Shown here piece after piece: positions 28,485 to 37,853 of a stretch of DNA of 53,359 nucleotides. Made by a program: the position numbers and the translations under genes. This DNA comes from a virus (lineage: Duplodnaviria; Caudoviricetes). Each line of letters begins with the position of its first letter. The first letter of the stretch is position 1. The notes under the pieces were generated by a model. That model was not told the DNA's origin and did no database searches. It saw only the letters and a program-made list of their open reading frames with translations. The stretch covers positions 1 through 53,359 of IMG/VR virus record IMGVR_UViG_3300010151_007728; one strand, 5' to 3'.

Positions 28485-29641
28485 TTTGCCCTTCTTTCTT
28501 CGAAGAATTGTTTTATTTTACCGCAAACATAATCAACATCGTCCAACGTCATGCCATGGTGGGCACCCAGCAAAAATCCATTTTTCATTATAATATCAGA
28601 ATTAGAGAATTCTTGTAAATATTCCCTATAGGCAGGATGCCTAGTGACATTACCGGCGAAAGTCACCCTTGTCTGAATGTTGCTTTCCTCAAGAAATGTC
28701 AAAAGCTCTAATCTATTCTGCGTCTGAAAAGGTATAGCCATCCAATTAGGATGTATGCTATCATCAGGCAAAAGGATTTCCTCAACATCTTTTAAATTGT
28801 GTAAATATCGCTCTATATTTTGTCTTCTAATTTTACGAAATGTGTCAAATTTTGCCAATTGAACTAGACCAAAAGCAGAATTCATTTCAGAGGATTTAAA
28901 GTTGTAACCCACTACCCCGTATAGAAATTTGAAATCGTATGGTATCCCATCAACTTGATGGTTGAAGCGCTCATCAATAAACTCAGAATTATTGCCAATA
29001 CGTCCCCAATCTCTAAGCTGAAGTGCAATATCAAGCTGTTCCCTATTGTTGAACATAGCCATTCCGCCCGAGCCTCCAGCAGTGATTATGTGACTGGCAT
29101 AAAAACTAGTTGTCGATATGTCGGTTTCGCCAGTGAAAGTTATGGTATCACAAGAATCTTCAATTAAAACAATATCGGTTCTTCCAATGTTACCTAATTC
29201 CTGCTTAAGTCGGGCCCAATCGGGTTTATTACCCACCAAATTAGGAAGCATAATAACTCTGGTTTTGGAGGTGATCTTTTCCAATACACTTCGTACACTC
29301 GGTACATATTTATCAAGCTCAACATCGCAAAAGACAGGAACACAGCCCAATTGTAGTATAGGGGCAACGGTTGTAGAGAAGGTACACGCAGGAGTTACAA
29401 CCTCACTGCCGCGTGGAAGAGCCAAGCTGCCGAGTGCTATTAAGTTAGCAGAAGATCCAGAATTCACAAAGACTCCATGCTTCTTGCCAAAAAGCTTGGC
29501 AACTTTTTCTTCAAATTCTACGGTTCTCTTACCAAAGCCGGCTAGCCAGCCGTCCCTTAGACATTCTTCGACAGCCTTGATTTCTTCTTCGCCATATGCC
29601 TCGAAACCATTAGGGGCATACCAAACTTTTTCTCTACTCAT
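28481..29641 (-). CDS. DegT-family PLP enzyme, His-type NDP-4-keto-6-deoxyhexose 3-dehydratase (ColD/RfbH-like)
   Basis: VNSGSSANL, IEDSCD, and SFYASHII with His in place of the Schiff-base Lys of aminotransferases. Confidence 0.8.
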   Translation of the reverse strand: MSREKVWYAPNGFEAYGEEEIKAVEECLRDGWLAGFGKRTVEFEEKVAKLFGKKHGVFVNSGSSANLIALGSLALPRGSEVVTPACTFSTTVAPILQLGCVPVFCDVELDKYVPSVRSVLEKITSKTRVIMLPNLVGNKPDWARLKQELGNIGRTDIVLIEDSCDTITFTGETDISTTSFYASHIITAGGSGGMAMFNNREQLDIALQLRDWGRIGNNSEFIDERFNHQVDGIPYDFKFLYGVVGYNFKSSEMNSAFGLVQLAKFDTFRKIRRQNIERYLHNLKDVEEILLPDDSIHPNWMAIPFQTQNRLELLTFLEESNIQTRVTFAGNVTRHPAYREYLQEFSNSDIIMKNGFLLGAHHGMTLDDVDYVCGKIKQFFEERRAK

Positions 29642-29711
29642 CGTGGAGCCTTTTAAAATTAAAAATCATATTCACAAGAAACCCCTCCCCATATTTTGAA
29701 TAAGATGTTCT

Positions 29712-29740
29712 ATCATAACATCATTAAGAAATATATTTAA
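29712..29740 (-). promoter_or_regulatory. Putative sigma70-type promoter with extended -10
   Basis: TTAAAT-17 nt-TATGAT with TGn before the -10; a T4-late-like TATAAATA lies at 29754-29761. Confidence 0.4.
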
Positions 29741-29766
29741 GAATATTTTTTAATATTTATAACCAG

Positions 29767-30543
29767 TTATGCGTTTAATTTTATTTTATCAATAGTTTCT
29801 TCAAGCCTGGGAGGAAAATCGCTATCTATAATTTGATTTAAATAATTCGTGTTTGTACCAGAATACTCTTCATAGCCGGCATCAACGATTTTGATATCTG
29901 CTGCGGAATTACATCTTTGTTTTATTATATCAGCGATTTCCAATAAAGTTAAGGAAGTTTTATAACTACAATCTATATTCTTTTCTAATGTGTCACTTAC
30001 AACATAGTATTCAACAAGTTTCAATAAATCTTTCATATGAAAAAAATCCATTTTTTTATTTTTATGAATTATAATGTCTTCTCCAGACAAAGCCCTTTTA
30101 GTGTTTGCTTTAATAAATCTAGTATCCATCTCGTACTCATCAAAAAGACCATATATGTTTAAATTATAACAGCCCAGTGTTGAATCAATGATGTTTGACA
30201 TGGCTCTCTTGCTTATCCCGTATGGCTCGCTAGAATAGTGTTGTGCTCCGGAGCCAAAGTGTATTAATTTTCTGTATCTGTCTTTATTTTTAAAGATGTT
30301 TAAAAACATTTGCATATTTTCGTAGAGAACTTCCGAATGATCATTCTTTAGACGGCTGCCTCCAACTACAGCACAGTGTATAACAATATCGAAATTATTA
30401 TTGTTGAAAATCCCATCAACAGCCTCAGTGTCTAGTAAATCACAAACTTTTCTGGTGTGGGCAAACACTTCATTGTGTTTCTCTAGGTGTTTCGCTAGGC
30501 TTCTTCCAACATATCCGTTAGCGCCCGTTAGCATTATTCTCAT
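29767..30543 (-). CDS. NAD(P)-dependent NDP-sugar epimerase/reductase (extended SDR)
   Basis: TGANGYVG Rossmann motif, HCAVVGG, YGISK (YxxxK). Confidence 0.88.
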   Translation of the reverse strand: MRIMLTGANGYVGRSLAKHLEKHNEVFAHTRKVCDLLDTEAVDGIFNNNNFDIVIHCAVVGGSRLKNDHSEVLYENMQMFLNIFKNKDRYRKLIHFGSGAQHYSSEPYGISKRAMSNIIDSTLGCYNLNIYGLFDEYEMDTRFIKANTKRALSGEDIIIHKNKKMDFFHMKDLLKLVEYYVVSDTLEKNIDCSYKTSLTLLEIADIIKQRCNSAADIKIVDAGYEEYSGTNTNYLNQIIDSDFPPRLEETIDKIKLNA

Positions 30544-30974
30544 TTTACTTCTTCTAATGCCGCTTCCCAGTTTTTAATATCATAAGCCTTATCCTCTAAG
30601 TATGTCATCGTGTCTTTCCAGTTTTGAAAATGATATCCCTTATCATCAATATAAATCTGCGCTCTAGGTTTCTCAGCTGTAATTTCTTTTACATATTGCA
30701 TAACATTGTGTTCAGTCAGCCATTCTTCTACAAGCTCGGGACCTGTTTTGCCATTTACTAGCGGACGACTTGGTTTTGCTTTAGCAGTAAAAATAATAAT
30801 ATTATAAGATTTAGATAATTCCTTTATAGCTTCTAGGGATCCCTCTAGAGGCTCCCCATAACACGTACCATCATACCAGCCTTTATCAAAATTATGTATT
30901 ACGCCATCAAAATCAATTGCAATATTTTTTAAATCTTCTTCAAATCCCGGAGGGACTTCTTTGTAACTAATCAT
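30540..30974 (-). CDS. Small HAD-superfamily phosphatase
   Basis: IAIDFDGVI (DxD), IIFTA, KP, YIDDK. Confidence 0.85.
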   Translation of the reverse strand: MISYKEVPPGFEEDLKNIAIDFDGVIHNFDKGWYDGTCYGEPLEGSLEAIKELSKSYNIIIFTAKAKPSRPLVNGKTGPELVEEWLTEHNVMQYVKEITAEKPRAQIYIDDKGYHFQNWKDTMTYLEDKAYDIKNWEAALEEVK

Positions 30975-31218
30975 TTTTCCTCATTACCATAATAATAGTG
31001 TTATTCTCAATCTTTTCAAAAACATCCGTCAATACTTTTAAAATGCCCACAGAGACAATATCGCCGGGTCCAGCTACATTGATTCCATAGTCTGTTACGA
31101 GACCTCCACGCAAGAATATAATATTCTCTTCATCTTCATTCCCAGCACCACAAATCATTTTAAAATAATTTTCCCGTTCTAATAACTGTTTTAAGTCTTC
31201 GTATCTTTGATTTGTCAT
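30967..31218 (-). pseudogene. Probable deletion-fusion remnant (LdpA-like N-terminus joined to an unrelated C-terminus)
   Basis: First 31 aa end in FKMICGAGNEDE, resembling the start of LdpA-like Fe-S proteins, but no Cys clusters follow; ORF is only 83 aa. May still be translated. Confidence 0.45.
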
Positions 31219-32042
31219 AATCTTTCCTTTAAAATATCTGCCCTATGAAGATAAGAATCGCCAATACTGTTATAATTTATAGCTTTGTACCTTAACCATT
31301 GTATTTCATACCTTAATATAGATTTTATAGTATCATATAGGTTATTCACATTATAGTCATCAAGCTCCACTACTACATTTCTTGTCTCAATCTTATCTAA
31401 TAAATTATTGGAGTGCAAATACTTAATGAACTCAACACTATTAGTAGATATGTTACCTCCCATGGTTGTTTTCAATCCTAAATTTTTACTTTTTCGAAAA
31501 ATATCTTCAACTTTATCAGAAATTATCTGGCTGTCGACTTCACTTTTATCTAGATTATGCGACTTAGTAAAATCTGACCGCCCTACAATGACACCAGATA
31601 GTTTTTTTGCCTCTTCGGATTCTAATATAGAATCAATATTAGAATAGGCAGTCTCGGTCTCACATAAAAAATAGAAACTGGTCTCTTTAATTTTACTCAC
31701 AGCGTTAATAAATTTTTGAAATGAATATTTCGTCTCAATCATGGGTGCGATAAGAGAATCGATACCTAGTGTGACACAATTATTAATATCAGTTATGGCC
31801 TCACAGCCGCCGATTTTAACATACATCAACATACCACATAATTCTGTGACTCTCCTCATTGTTGTTACATCAGATAACAACGCTCCCTCATCCTCAAATG
31901 ATTGTTTAATGCCTGTGATATTGTACTGTTTATTTAGATATTTTAAATTTTTAATAAGTAATTGTACAGTGTTATTTTCGAGGTCTTCATAATCATATCT
32001 TTTACCATGCCATTTGCCAGTTATTTTTTTTCTGTCGGTCAT
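31215..32042 (-). CDS. HpcH/HpaI aldolase / citrate lyase beta-like protein
   Basis: GIKQSFEDEG, VKIGGCEA.TD, IAPMIET, CETETA, IVGRSD. Confidence 0.8.
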   Translation of the reverse strand: MTDRKKITGKWHGKRYDYEDLENNTVQLLIKNLKYLNKQYNITGIKQSFEDEGALLSDVTTMRRVTELCGMLMYVKIGGCEAITDINNCVTLGIDSLIAPMIETKYSFQKFINAVSKIKETSFYFLCETETAYSNIDSILESEEAKKLSGVIVGRSDFTKSHNLDKSEVDSQIISDKVEDIFRKSKNLGLKTTMGGNISTNSVEFIKYLHSNNLLDKIETRNVVVELDDYNVNNLYDTIKSILRYEIQWLRYKAINYNSIGDSYLHRADILKERL

Positions 32043-32043
32043 T

Positions 32044-33819
32044 TCACTCGCTCCATATCGGTATTATCATTTCTTCATTAAACTCTTCTTCCGTTAAAAA
32101 CGGAGACATATTTTCTAATGGCTGTGATGTTATTTTACCGTCCTTATTTTGTTGAGAAGCGGCAGTAGGATATATCTCTTCGTCAGAAGGGCATATTACT
32201 TCACAAATACAGCATTGTCCATATTGTAATACCTCTACAAGAGTTTTTTCAAGGTCATTTTTGTCTTCTATTTTAAAATATTTTATACCATAAGCCGCAG
32301 CTATTTTTTCACTTTCTGGAAAAGAGATTCCGGATTGGGGGTCAACGCCAGAAAACCTTTTTGAAAAATACTTTGTTTGAGTATTTTTAATAGATAAATA
32401 CCCACCATTGTTCAATATGAATAGTTTAATAGGCAATTCATATTGTACGATAGTCTGCAATTCTTGTATGTTAAACTGGAAAGAGCCTTCTCCTGTTACA
32501 GCTAGAACCTTTAAATCCCTATCTGCCAACGAGACTCCAATCGAAGCTGGCACAGTAAAGCCCATCTCACCTTGCGAAGCCGGCATTATGAGGCGGCTAT
32601 CCTCCACGGATTGCGCCATGACATAATAAGCAGACCCCGCATCAACTACAACAGCTGTCTCTTGCCCCTTTGTTAAGCTTGACAGTGCTTTGGAGAATGA
32701 ATACATATTCAACTGGTCAATGTCTTTTCTTTTAAAAACAGGCCATTTCTCTCTCCAGCGTTGGCAATTGGAAACCCACAAAGAATCAATATCGTATTGG
32801 GCTGTCTTGTTGGAAGACAAAAATTGTTTTGCATCCATCTCTATAATCTTGTCAATTTTTATTGTCTCTTTCATATGCGCAGTCTTATCAATGTCAATAA
32901 CAATCTTTTTAGCTTCTCTAGCAAAAAGTTCGTATCTATATCCCACAACTGGAATACTCAATGAACTTCCAATTGAAATAACAAGATCTGAGTTGGCAAC
33001 CGCAAAATTGCCAGCTCTAGTGCCCTTTATGCCTAGACGACCGATGTAAAGAGGGTGTTCAACTGGAAGTAAATCTGTTCCTAGAAAAGTAAAGGCGCAA
33101 GGAATTCGATAATGTTCTACAAAGCGCTTAAACTCCTCCCTAGCATCAGCCAAGTGAATGCCATTACCAGCAATTATTATTGGTCTTTTTGATTTCTTTA
33201 AAAAATATTCAAAATCTTCACTGTGAAAGCTATATGTAGATTTATCTTGTTTTTTTGGCTCCCAATGTTGTAGGTCTTCTAAAAAAATTTCTTCAGACTG
33301 TACATCTAGTGGTACATCGATCCAAACTGGACCGGGGCGACCAGTCGTAGCAAGATGATATGCTTTCTCTAAAATTAAAGCTATATCCACAGGGTCCTCT
33401 ACCATGGTGGAATATTTAGTAATTGACTTAATTATCTCTATTATATTAACTTCTTGTGCGCCTAGCTTTCTTAGTGGGATTTTCGACATATAGGTGGTGT
33501 CTTTCTTATTTGCCTGTCCTGAAACAATAAACAATGGATGACTATCTTGCCAAGCATCCAAAACGCCAGTTATAGTATTAGTGGAACCACAACCAGAAGT
33601 TGGTATCACCAGAGCCATCTTGTTGTGGACTTTTGCATATCCAACGGCGGCCATGGCGCACGACTGTTCATGGTGACAAAAAATTGACTGCATGTTGCTC
33701 CTCGCAACAGCATCATTTAAAAACATGGCACCACCGCCAGGAACCTGAAAAGCGTGAGACATGCCTTTTTTCTCCAAGAACCCTATTATATAATCAGCAA
33801 CTTTAAGACCCTTTCTCAC
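32044..33819 (-). CDS. Thiamine-diphosphate enzyme of the acetolactate synthase family (YerE-like)
   Basis: VPGGGAMFLND, HHEQSCAMAA, GRPGPVWIDVP, TPP motif GEGSFQFNIQEL...ILNN. Start GTG at 33819 or 33828. Confidence 0.9.
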   Translation of the reverse strand: MRKGLKVADYIIGFLEKKGMSHAFQVPGGGAMFLNDAVARSNMQSIFCHHEQSCAMAAVGYAKVHNKMALVIPTSGCGSTNTITGVLDAWQDSHPLFIVSGQANKKDTTYMSKIPLRKLGAQEVNIIEIIKSITKYSTMVEDPVDIALILEKAYHLATTGRPGPVWIDVPLDVQSEEIFLEDLQHWEPKKQDKSTYSFHSEDFEYFLKKSKRPIIIAGNGIHLADAREEFKRFVEHYRIPCAFTFLGTDLLPVEHPLYIGRLGIKGTRAGNFAVANSDLVISIGSSLSIPVVGYRYELFAREAKKIVIDIDKTAHMKETIKIDKIIEMDAKQFLSSNKTAQYDIDSLWVSNCQRWREKWPVFKRKDIDQLNMYSFSKALSSLTKGQETAVVVDAGSAYYVMAQSVEDSRLIMPASQGEMGFTVPASIGVSLADRDLKVLAVTGEGSFQFNIQELQTIVQYELPIKLFILNNGGYLSIKNTQTKYFSKRFSGVDPQSGISFPESEKIAAAYGIKYFKIEDKNDLEKTLVEVLQYGQCCICEVICPSDEEIYPTAASQQNKDGKITSQPLENMSPFLTEEEFNEEMIIPIWSE

Positions 33820-33900
33820 TCCACACACCTTTCCAATATTAATCCTTTCTCAAACATTCTTGTCATTTGTTTCTCCATATTGTTAGAAATTCATAACACA

Positions 33901-33929
33901 ACGATACCACAAATAAAACTAAAAATCAA
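33901..33929 (-). promoter_or_regulatory. Putative sigma70-type promoter with extended -10
   Basis: TTGATT-17 nt-TATCGT with TGn, upstream of the TPP-enzyme cassette. Confidence 0.4.
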
Positions 33930-34852
33930 CCTTTTTCTTCATATATGTAGTCTTTGTATTTCTCTAAATTATCAATCAAATATTTGGGATGTGATTGTTC
34001 AGTTATTTCAACCTTTTCAAATGGATAATCTTGGAACATTCTTTCTAATGCTTCTTCTTTGGTGGTGTGTGTAAATTTTACTTTTTGTCCAGGAATTATA
34101 TCTTTAGAATGTGCCCAACTACGTTGTTTTTCTAAAACTTTCTCTCCATCGGTATTATCAAAAAAAGTAAAATGCCAGCCAGCGTTTTTTATGGGATCGT
34201 GAGTGTGCGAACCTAGACATCTCAATTTACCGTGTAGTATTTGTTTCAATACAGATACTTCTGTCATCGTCGCGACGGTCAACTGTTGATTAAAGAAATT
34301 AAATTTATAAACATAAGTATCCAACACAAATCCAAAAGTGGGTCTTATTTGAAAAGGATCACCAGACGATGTTCTCACGGGTCCAAATTTGTTGTGTAAA
34401 TCATGCTTCTTGTTTTTAGGTTCAAATCTCTTTAAAGCTTCGGCAAATGCTTCCTTTTTTATAATTTCGTCGAGAGCACCTTGCAACACTATATCATCAT
34501 CTTTGCCCCCATCTTCTAAAATAATTTTAAGACAATAATTACCTTGAAAAAGATCTCTAACCCAGTCATCAGAGGTTTGTCCAAGGAAGGTTCGATCAAG
34601 AACAGTAAAATCATCTATTAAATTCATATTTCTAGGTATTTCTTCTGCAAATGAATCAAATGTTATATAGATTAGTTTTTCAGAATACTTTTTAAACCTC
34701 TCTTTATCAAAGTTAAAAGGCTTTTTAAGTCCTGTGTGGGTTTCTCCAGCTTCCACAACAATAAACTTATCTACAAAATCCCAATGCTGGTTGAGTCTTA
34801 GTTCAAATAAATCATTTTCATTTAAAAACGTACAACAATCATATACAGTCAT
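33926..34852 (-). CDS. GT17-like glycosyltransferase
   Basis: YDCCTFLNENDLFELRL...VDKFIVVEA.ETHTG and AGWHF; the usual SDxDEI reads GALDEI. Confidence 0.8.
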   Translation of the reverse strand: MTVYDCCTFLNENDLFELRLNQHWDFVDKFIVVEAGETHTGLKKPFNFDKERFKKYSEKLIYITFDSFAEEIPRNMNLIDDFTVLDRTFLGQTSDDWVRDLFQGNYCLKIILEDGGKDDDIVLQGALDEIIKKEAFAEALKRFEPKNKKHDLHNKFGPVRTSSGDPFQIRPTFGFVLDTYVYKFNFFNQQLTVATMTEVSVLKQILHGKLRCLGSHTHDPIKNAGWHFTFFDNTDGEKVLEKQRSWAHSKDIIPGQKVKFTHTTKEEALERMFQDYPFEKVEITEQSHPKYLIDNLEKYKDYIYEEKG

Positions 34853-34877
34853 AAATTTCTCCTATTATTTCCTCTCG

Positions 34878-35771
34878 TTAAATAGCTAGTTTACACACAA
34901 CTTGAAAAATATATGTCGAAATCTGTCCGGATATTTTTAGTTTTCTTACATCCAAGAGTTCTAGTCCGGAAGAACATACCAATTTCCTTAATGATGTAGG
35001 GTTAAAAAAACTAATATGTTCGTGCCAATGTCTCTTATTTATATGTAAATTAGATAAATTATTTTTCTCTAATGTCTTTCTAACGTAATCTTCATATGGT
35101 AGTTCTATGTATAAAATACTATCTTTTCCCATACAAGCTTTGATTTCATTTAAAGTATTTTTAGGATAAGGAGTGTGTTCCAAAACATTACTACATATTA
35201 TAAGACCATAATCAAAATCATACAATTGCGTTTTATTTACTTTTTTTACTTTGGGTAAAACAAAATTATCCGAAATATCATATATGTGAAGCGAACGGCA
35301 TTGCGAGTAAAAGGGTGTATTGTTTCCAGGACCGCCGCCCCAATCTAAAATATCTAAAATGTTAGATATTTGATCAGTTTTTAGCCATGGCTTTAAAAAT
35401 GTCTCAACATGTTGGAGATAATTATATCCTAAAAGATATTTTGAGTTTCTTTGTGTATATCCTGGCTCATACATCTCTCGAAGTTCTGTATATTCTTTTT
35501 CTCTATATTTTTTATAAAGATTCTGTAATTCGTTATCATCGAAGCGCAAGTCCAGAAACAAATGAAAACATTCAGTACACAATAAGGAGTTACATCTTGT
35601 GTAGGTTGGTCCGTTTCTGATTCCATATTTTTCTAAGCCCCACTCATCCGTTATTTCAAGTGACGCGTAACCCCAAAGTCTGTGTGTGATGAAAGGTAAA
35701 AGTATAGCAGGAGACTTTTTTAAATCGATGCTGTCGCAACAAACACATCTTTGTGCTATTCTATCATTCAT
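34878..35771 (-). CDS. Class I SAM-dependent methyltransferase with N-terminal Cys pairs
   Basis: CVCC...CTEC, ILDWGGGPG, SNVLEH, YIELP, HEHISFF. Start taken at MNDRI (35771). Confidence 0.85.
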   Translation of the reverse strand: MNDRIAQRCVCCDSIDLKKSPAILLPFITHRLWGYASLEITDEWGLEKYGIRNGPTYTRCNSLLCTECFHLFLDLRFDDNELQNLYKKYREKEYTELREMYEPGYTQRNSKYLLGYNYLQHVETFLKPWLKTDQISNILDILDWGGGPGNNTPFYSQCRSLHIYDISDNFVLPKVKKVNKTQLYDFDYGLIICSNVLEHTPYPKNTLNEIKACMGKDSILYIELPYEDYVRKTLEKNNLSNLHINKRHWHEHISFFNPTSLRKLVCSSGLELLDVRKLKISGQISTYIFQVVCKLAI

Positions 35772-35893
35772 CTGGGGGCCTATAATTCTCAAATGTTATT
35801 ATAATTGCTTTTTTCATTTTGCGCCTCCAGCGTGTTCCCTATTAAAGAATGCTCATTATAAAGAGTCATTTGGATGGCTATCTTCAACTTATC

Positions 35894-36697
35894 TTATTCT
35901 CCTTTAAATTTTTTCGGTATATTACAGATTTTCTTAAGATGTTCTGCGACGGCGGGTACAAAATGCTTAGTTAAGTCGAATTTTGGAAAAACATCGCCAC
36001 CAGCATAGTGCAATAATTTTATTAATTTTTCATCCAGCCATAATTTGTTATCCCTGAGTTCAATTCTCTCCCAGCTCTCCCAATGTTTTAAAGGATGCCC
36101 ATTCCAGCGTTCAACGTCGCCGTAGGTGCTAGCAATATTATAATATAGCGGCTTGTCCGGTGGATCCAGCAACTTAACTTTATATTTACCTGAATCTAAG
36201 ATAATATTCAAATTATCTTGCTCATGCATCGGATATTTATTATAATTCTTTTGGTTTAAATCAACCCAATCATCCCAAAATTCTTTCTTAGTAGAAGCTA
36301 CCAATCCTGCGTTTGCATATTTAAAGACATCAATTTCCCCCCCCAGATTATATGGAGGTCCGCAACCTGCGGATCCTTGATCAGAATTATTTCTAGCAAC
36401 AGCAATATCGTAATCTCCCTCTAATATTTCATCTAGACGATCCGTTACAATCATATCCGTATCAATATGTACTACTAAATCGTAATCGTCTGCTATCGTT
36501 CTTGTCAATAATGGATTAAAATAAGATGCATGCATCGGTACCACCGTCTGTACTTCTTTGTTGATTTCTTTCTCGGTAAGCATATATAAGGGAATATCCG
36601 GATGAAAATGCTTAAAAGAACTCATCATCTTAAACGTTCCGTATTCAACAATAGCGTGATCATTGCCATAAATATATGATATAAATGCTACCTTCAT
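35894..36697 (-). CDS. GT-A glycosyltransferase, GT8-like
   Basis: VHIDTDMIV (DxD), NAG, EQDNLN, LHYAGG. Confidence 0.75.
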   Translation of the reverse strand: MKVAFISYIYGNDHAIVEYGTFKMMSSFKHFHPDIPLYMLTEKEINKEVQTVVPMHASYFNPLLTRTIADDYDLVVHIDTDMIVTDRLDEILEGDYDIAVARNNSDQGSAGCGPPYNLGGEIDVFKYANAGLVASTKKEFWDDWVDLNQKNYNKYPMHEQDNLNIILDSGKYKVKLLDPPDKPLYYNIASTYGDVERWNGHPLKHWESWERIELRDNKLWLDEKLIKLLHYAGGDVFPKFDLTKHFVPAVAEHLKKICNIPKKFKGE

Positions 36698-36710
36698 AAT
36701 CTAAACTCCC

Positions 36711-37487
36711 TTAAAATATATTAATATTTTCTCTTTTAAATATATAATGCGCGGCGGTGGGACAAAATTCATATTCCACAGCTAATCCTAACCCTAATGC
36801 CATCGATGCTACCAAAGATCCATTACCAATAAATCTCTGATGTCCGTTTACCACCTCTGCCATCTCTAACGCTGTATCAACTCTGCGCAAAGGAATATTG
36901 GGACACCCGAATCTTTGAATAAAATCAGTATATTCCTCCTCAAGTCCCACGAAGACGCCTCTTTCGTTTAAAGCGCCCCTATTAAAGTAATAATAATTAT
37001 CATTTCCTCGATATCTTAGCGTTCGGCTAATTACCGTGTCGCGGTTGGGATCCATTCTCCTTGCAGCTTTAACTTCGAGCCATGGTTCATTTAAATCTTC
37101 TAAAGATAAATTATACTTTTTAGCATGGAAATAAGTTAAATTTTGTATACCCAAATCATCCTTATGATATTCGCCAATATGAACATCATAATCTTTCCAC
37201 GCGTTCAAAGGATCACCGCTGTAAAAATCCACATCTTTCAAATAAGATTGTTTCTTAATTAACGGCAACAGAAAAAGCGCCTTAGTTAAATTAAATTTTC
37301 CTGGGTTACCGTCCCCAACTCGAATGTATCCATTTCTCTCATAGCTGGTAGGAGATGGATCGATATGATATTTGGTGCCCCCTAGTTTCTTTATGAAGAG
37401 AAGGTGATATATAACATCTCCCATGTCACCAGATGTTACAAAAGACTTTGGGTTCTTGTGTACAAATTCGAACTCTCTCTCACTCAT
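36711..37487 (-). CDS. Putative GT-B glycosyltransferase, GT9 (heptosyltransferase)-like
   Basis: SGDMGDVIY near the N-terminus and FIGNGSLVASMALGLG near the C-terminus echo GT9 motifs. Confidence 0.5.
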   Translation of the reverse strand: MSEREFEFVHKNPKSFVTSGDMGDVIYHLLFIKKLGGTKYHIDPSPTSYERNGYIRVGDGNPGKFNLTKALFLLPLIKKQSYLKDVDFYSGDPLNAWKDYDVHIGEYHKDDLGIQNLTYFHAKKYNLSLEDLNEPWLEVKAARRMDPNRDTVISRTLRYRGNDNYYYFNRGALNERGVFVGLEEEYTDFIQRFGCPNIPLRRVDTALEMAEVVNGHQRFIGNGSLVASMALGLGLAVEYEFCPTAAHYIFKRENINIF

Positions 37488-37853
37488 TCAATCTCCTTTT
37501 ACAATTCTATGACTATCTTCATCAAAATGTTGAGTAGAAAACTCAAATAATTCAGTATCTTGTAATGCTATCATTTGGTGTCTCATACCTACAGGCACAT
37601 GAAAATTATCTCCTGCTTCAAGGATAATTTTTCTTGCTGCTTGGAGATCATCATTATATGAATACTTTACCATAATTCTGCCGCTTTGTATATAAAAAAC
37701 TTCATCTTTTATCTTATGGTAATGCCATGAACACTTTTTTCCTTTTACAAAATAAAGTAATTTCCCACAATATTTGTCACAGTTAACAATCCATTTTTCA
37801 AATCCCCATCCTTTAGGGACGAACTTCATCGGAATCTTCAAAGAAATCTCCAT
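37488..37853 (-). CDS. Cupin, sugar isomerase-like
   Basis: KGWG.E, SWHYHKIKDEVF, VPVGMRH. Confidence 0.85.
   Translation of the reverse strand: MEISLKIPMKFVPKGWGFEKWIVNCDKYCGKLLYFVKGKKCSWHYHKIKDEVFYIQSGRIMVKYSYNDDLQAARKIILEAGDNFHVPVGMRHQMIALQDTELFEFSTQHFDEDSHRIVKGD

Noticed and set aside
32044-33819. Branched-chain amino-acid AMG (ilvB) with a TPP riboswitch or attenuator
   Set aside because: No ilvN/ilvC/ilvD nearby, NDP-sugar context, no TPP-riboswitch core visible in 33820-33925, and the mini-ORF is not Ile/Leu/Val-rich.
35845-35890. sigma70 promoter upstream of the methyltransferase (perfect TATAAT)
   Set aside because: No -35 at a 16-18 nt spacing and no TGn extension; too weak to call.
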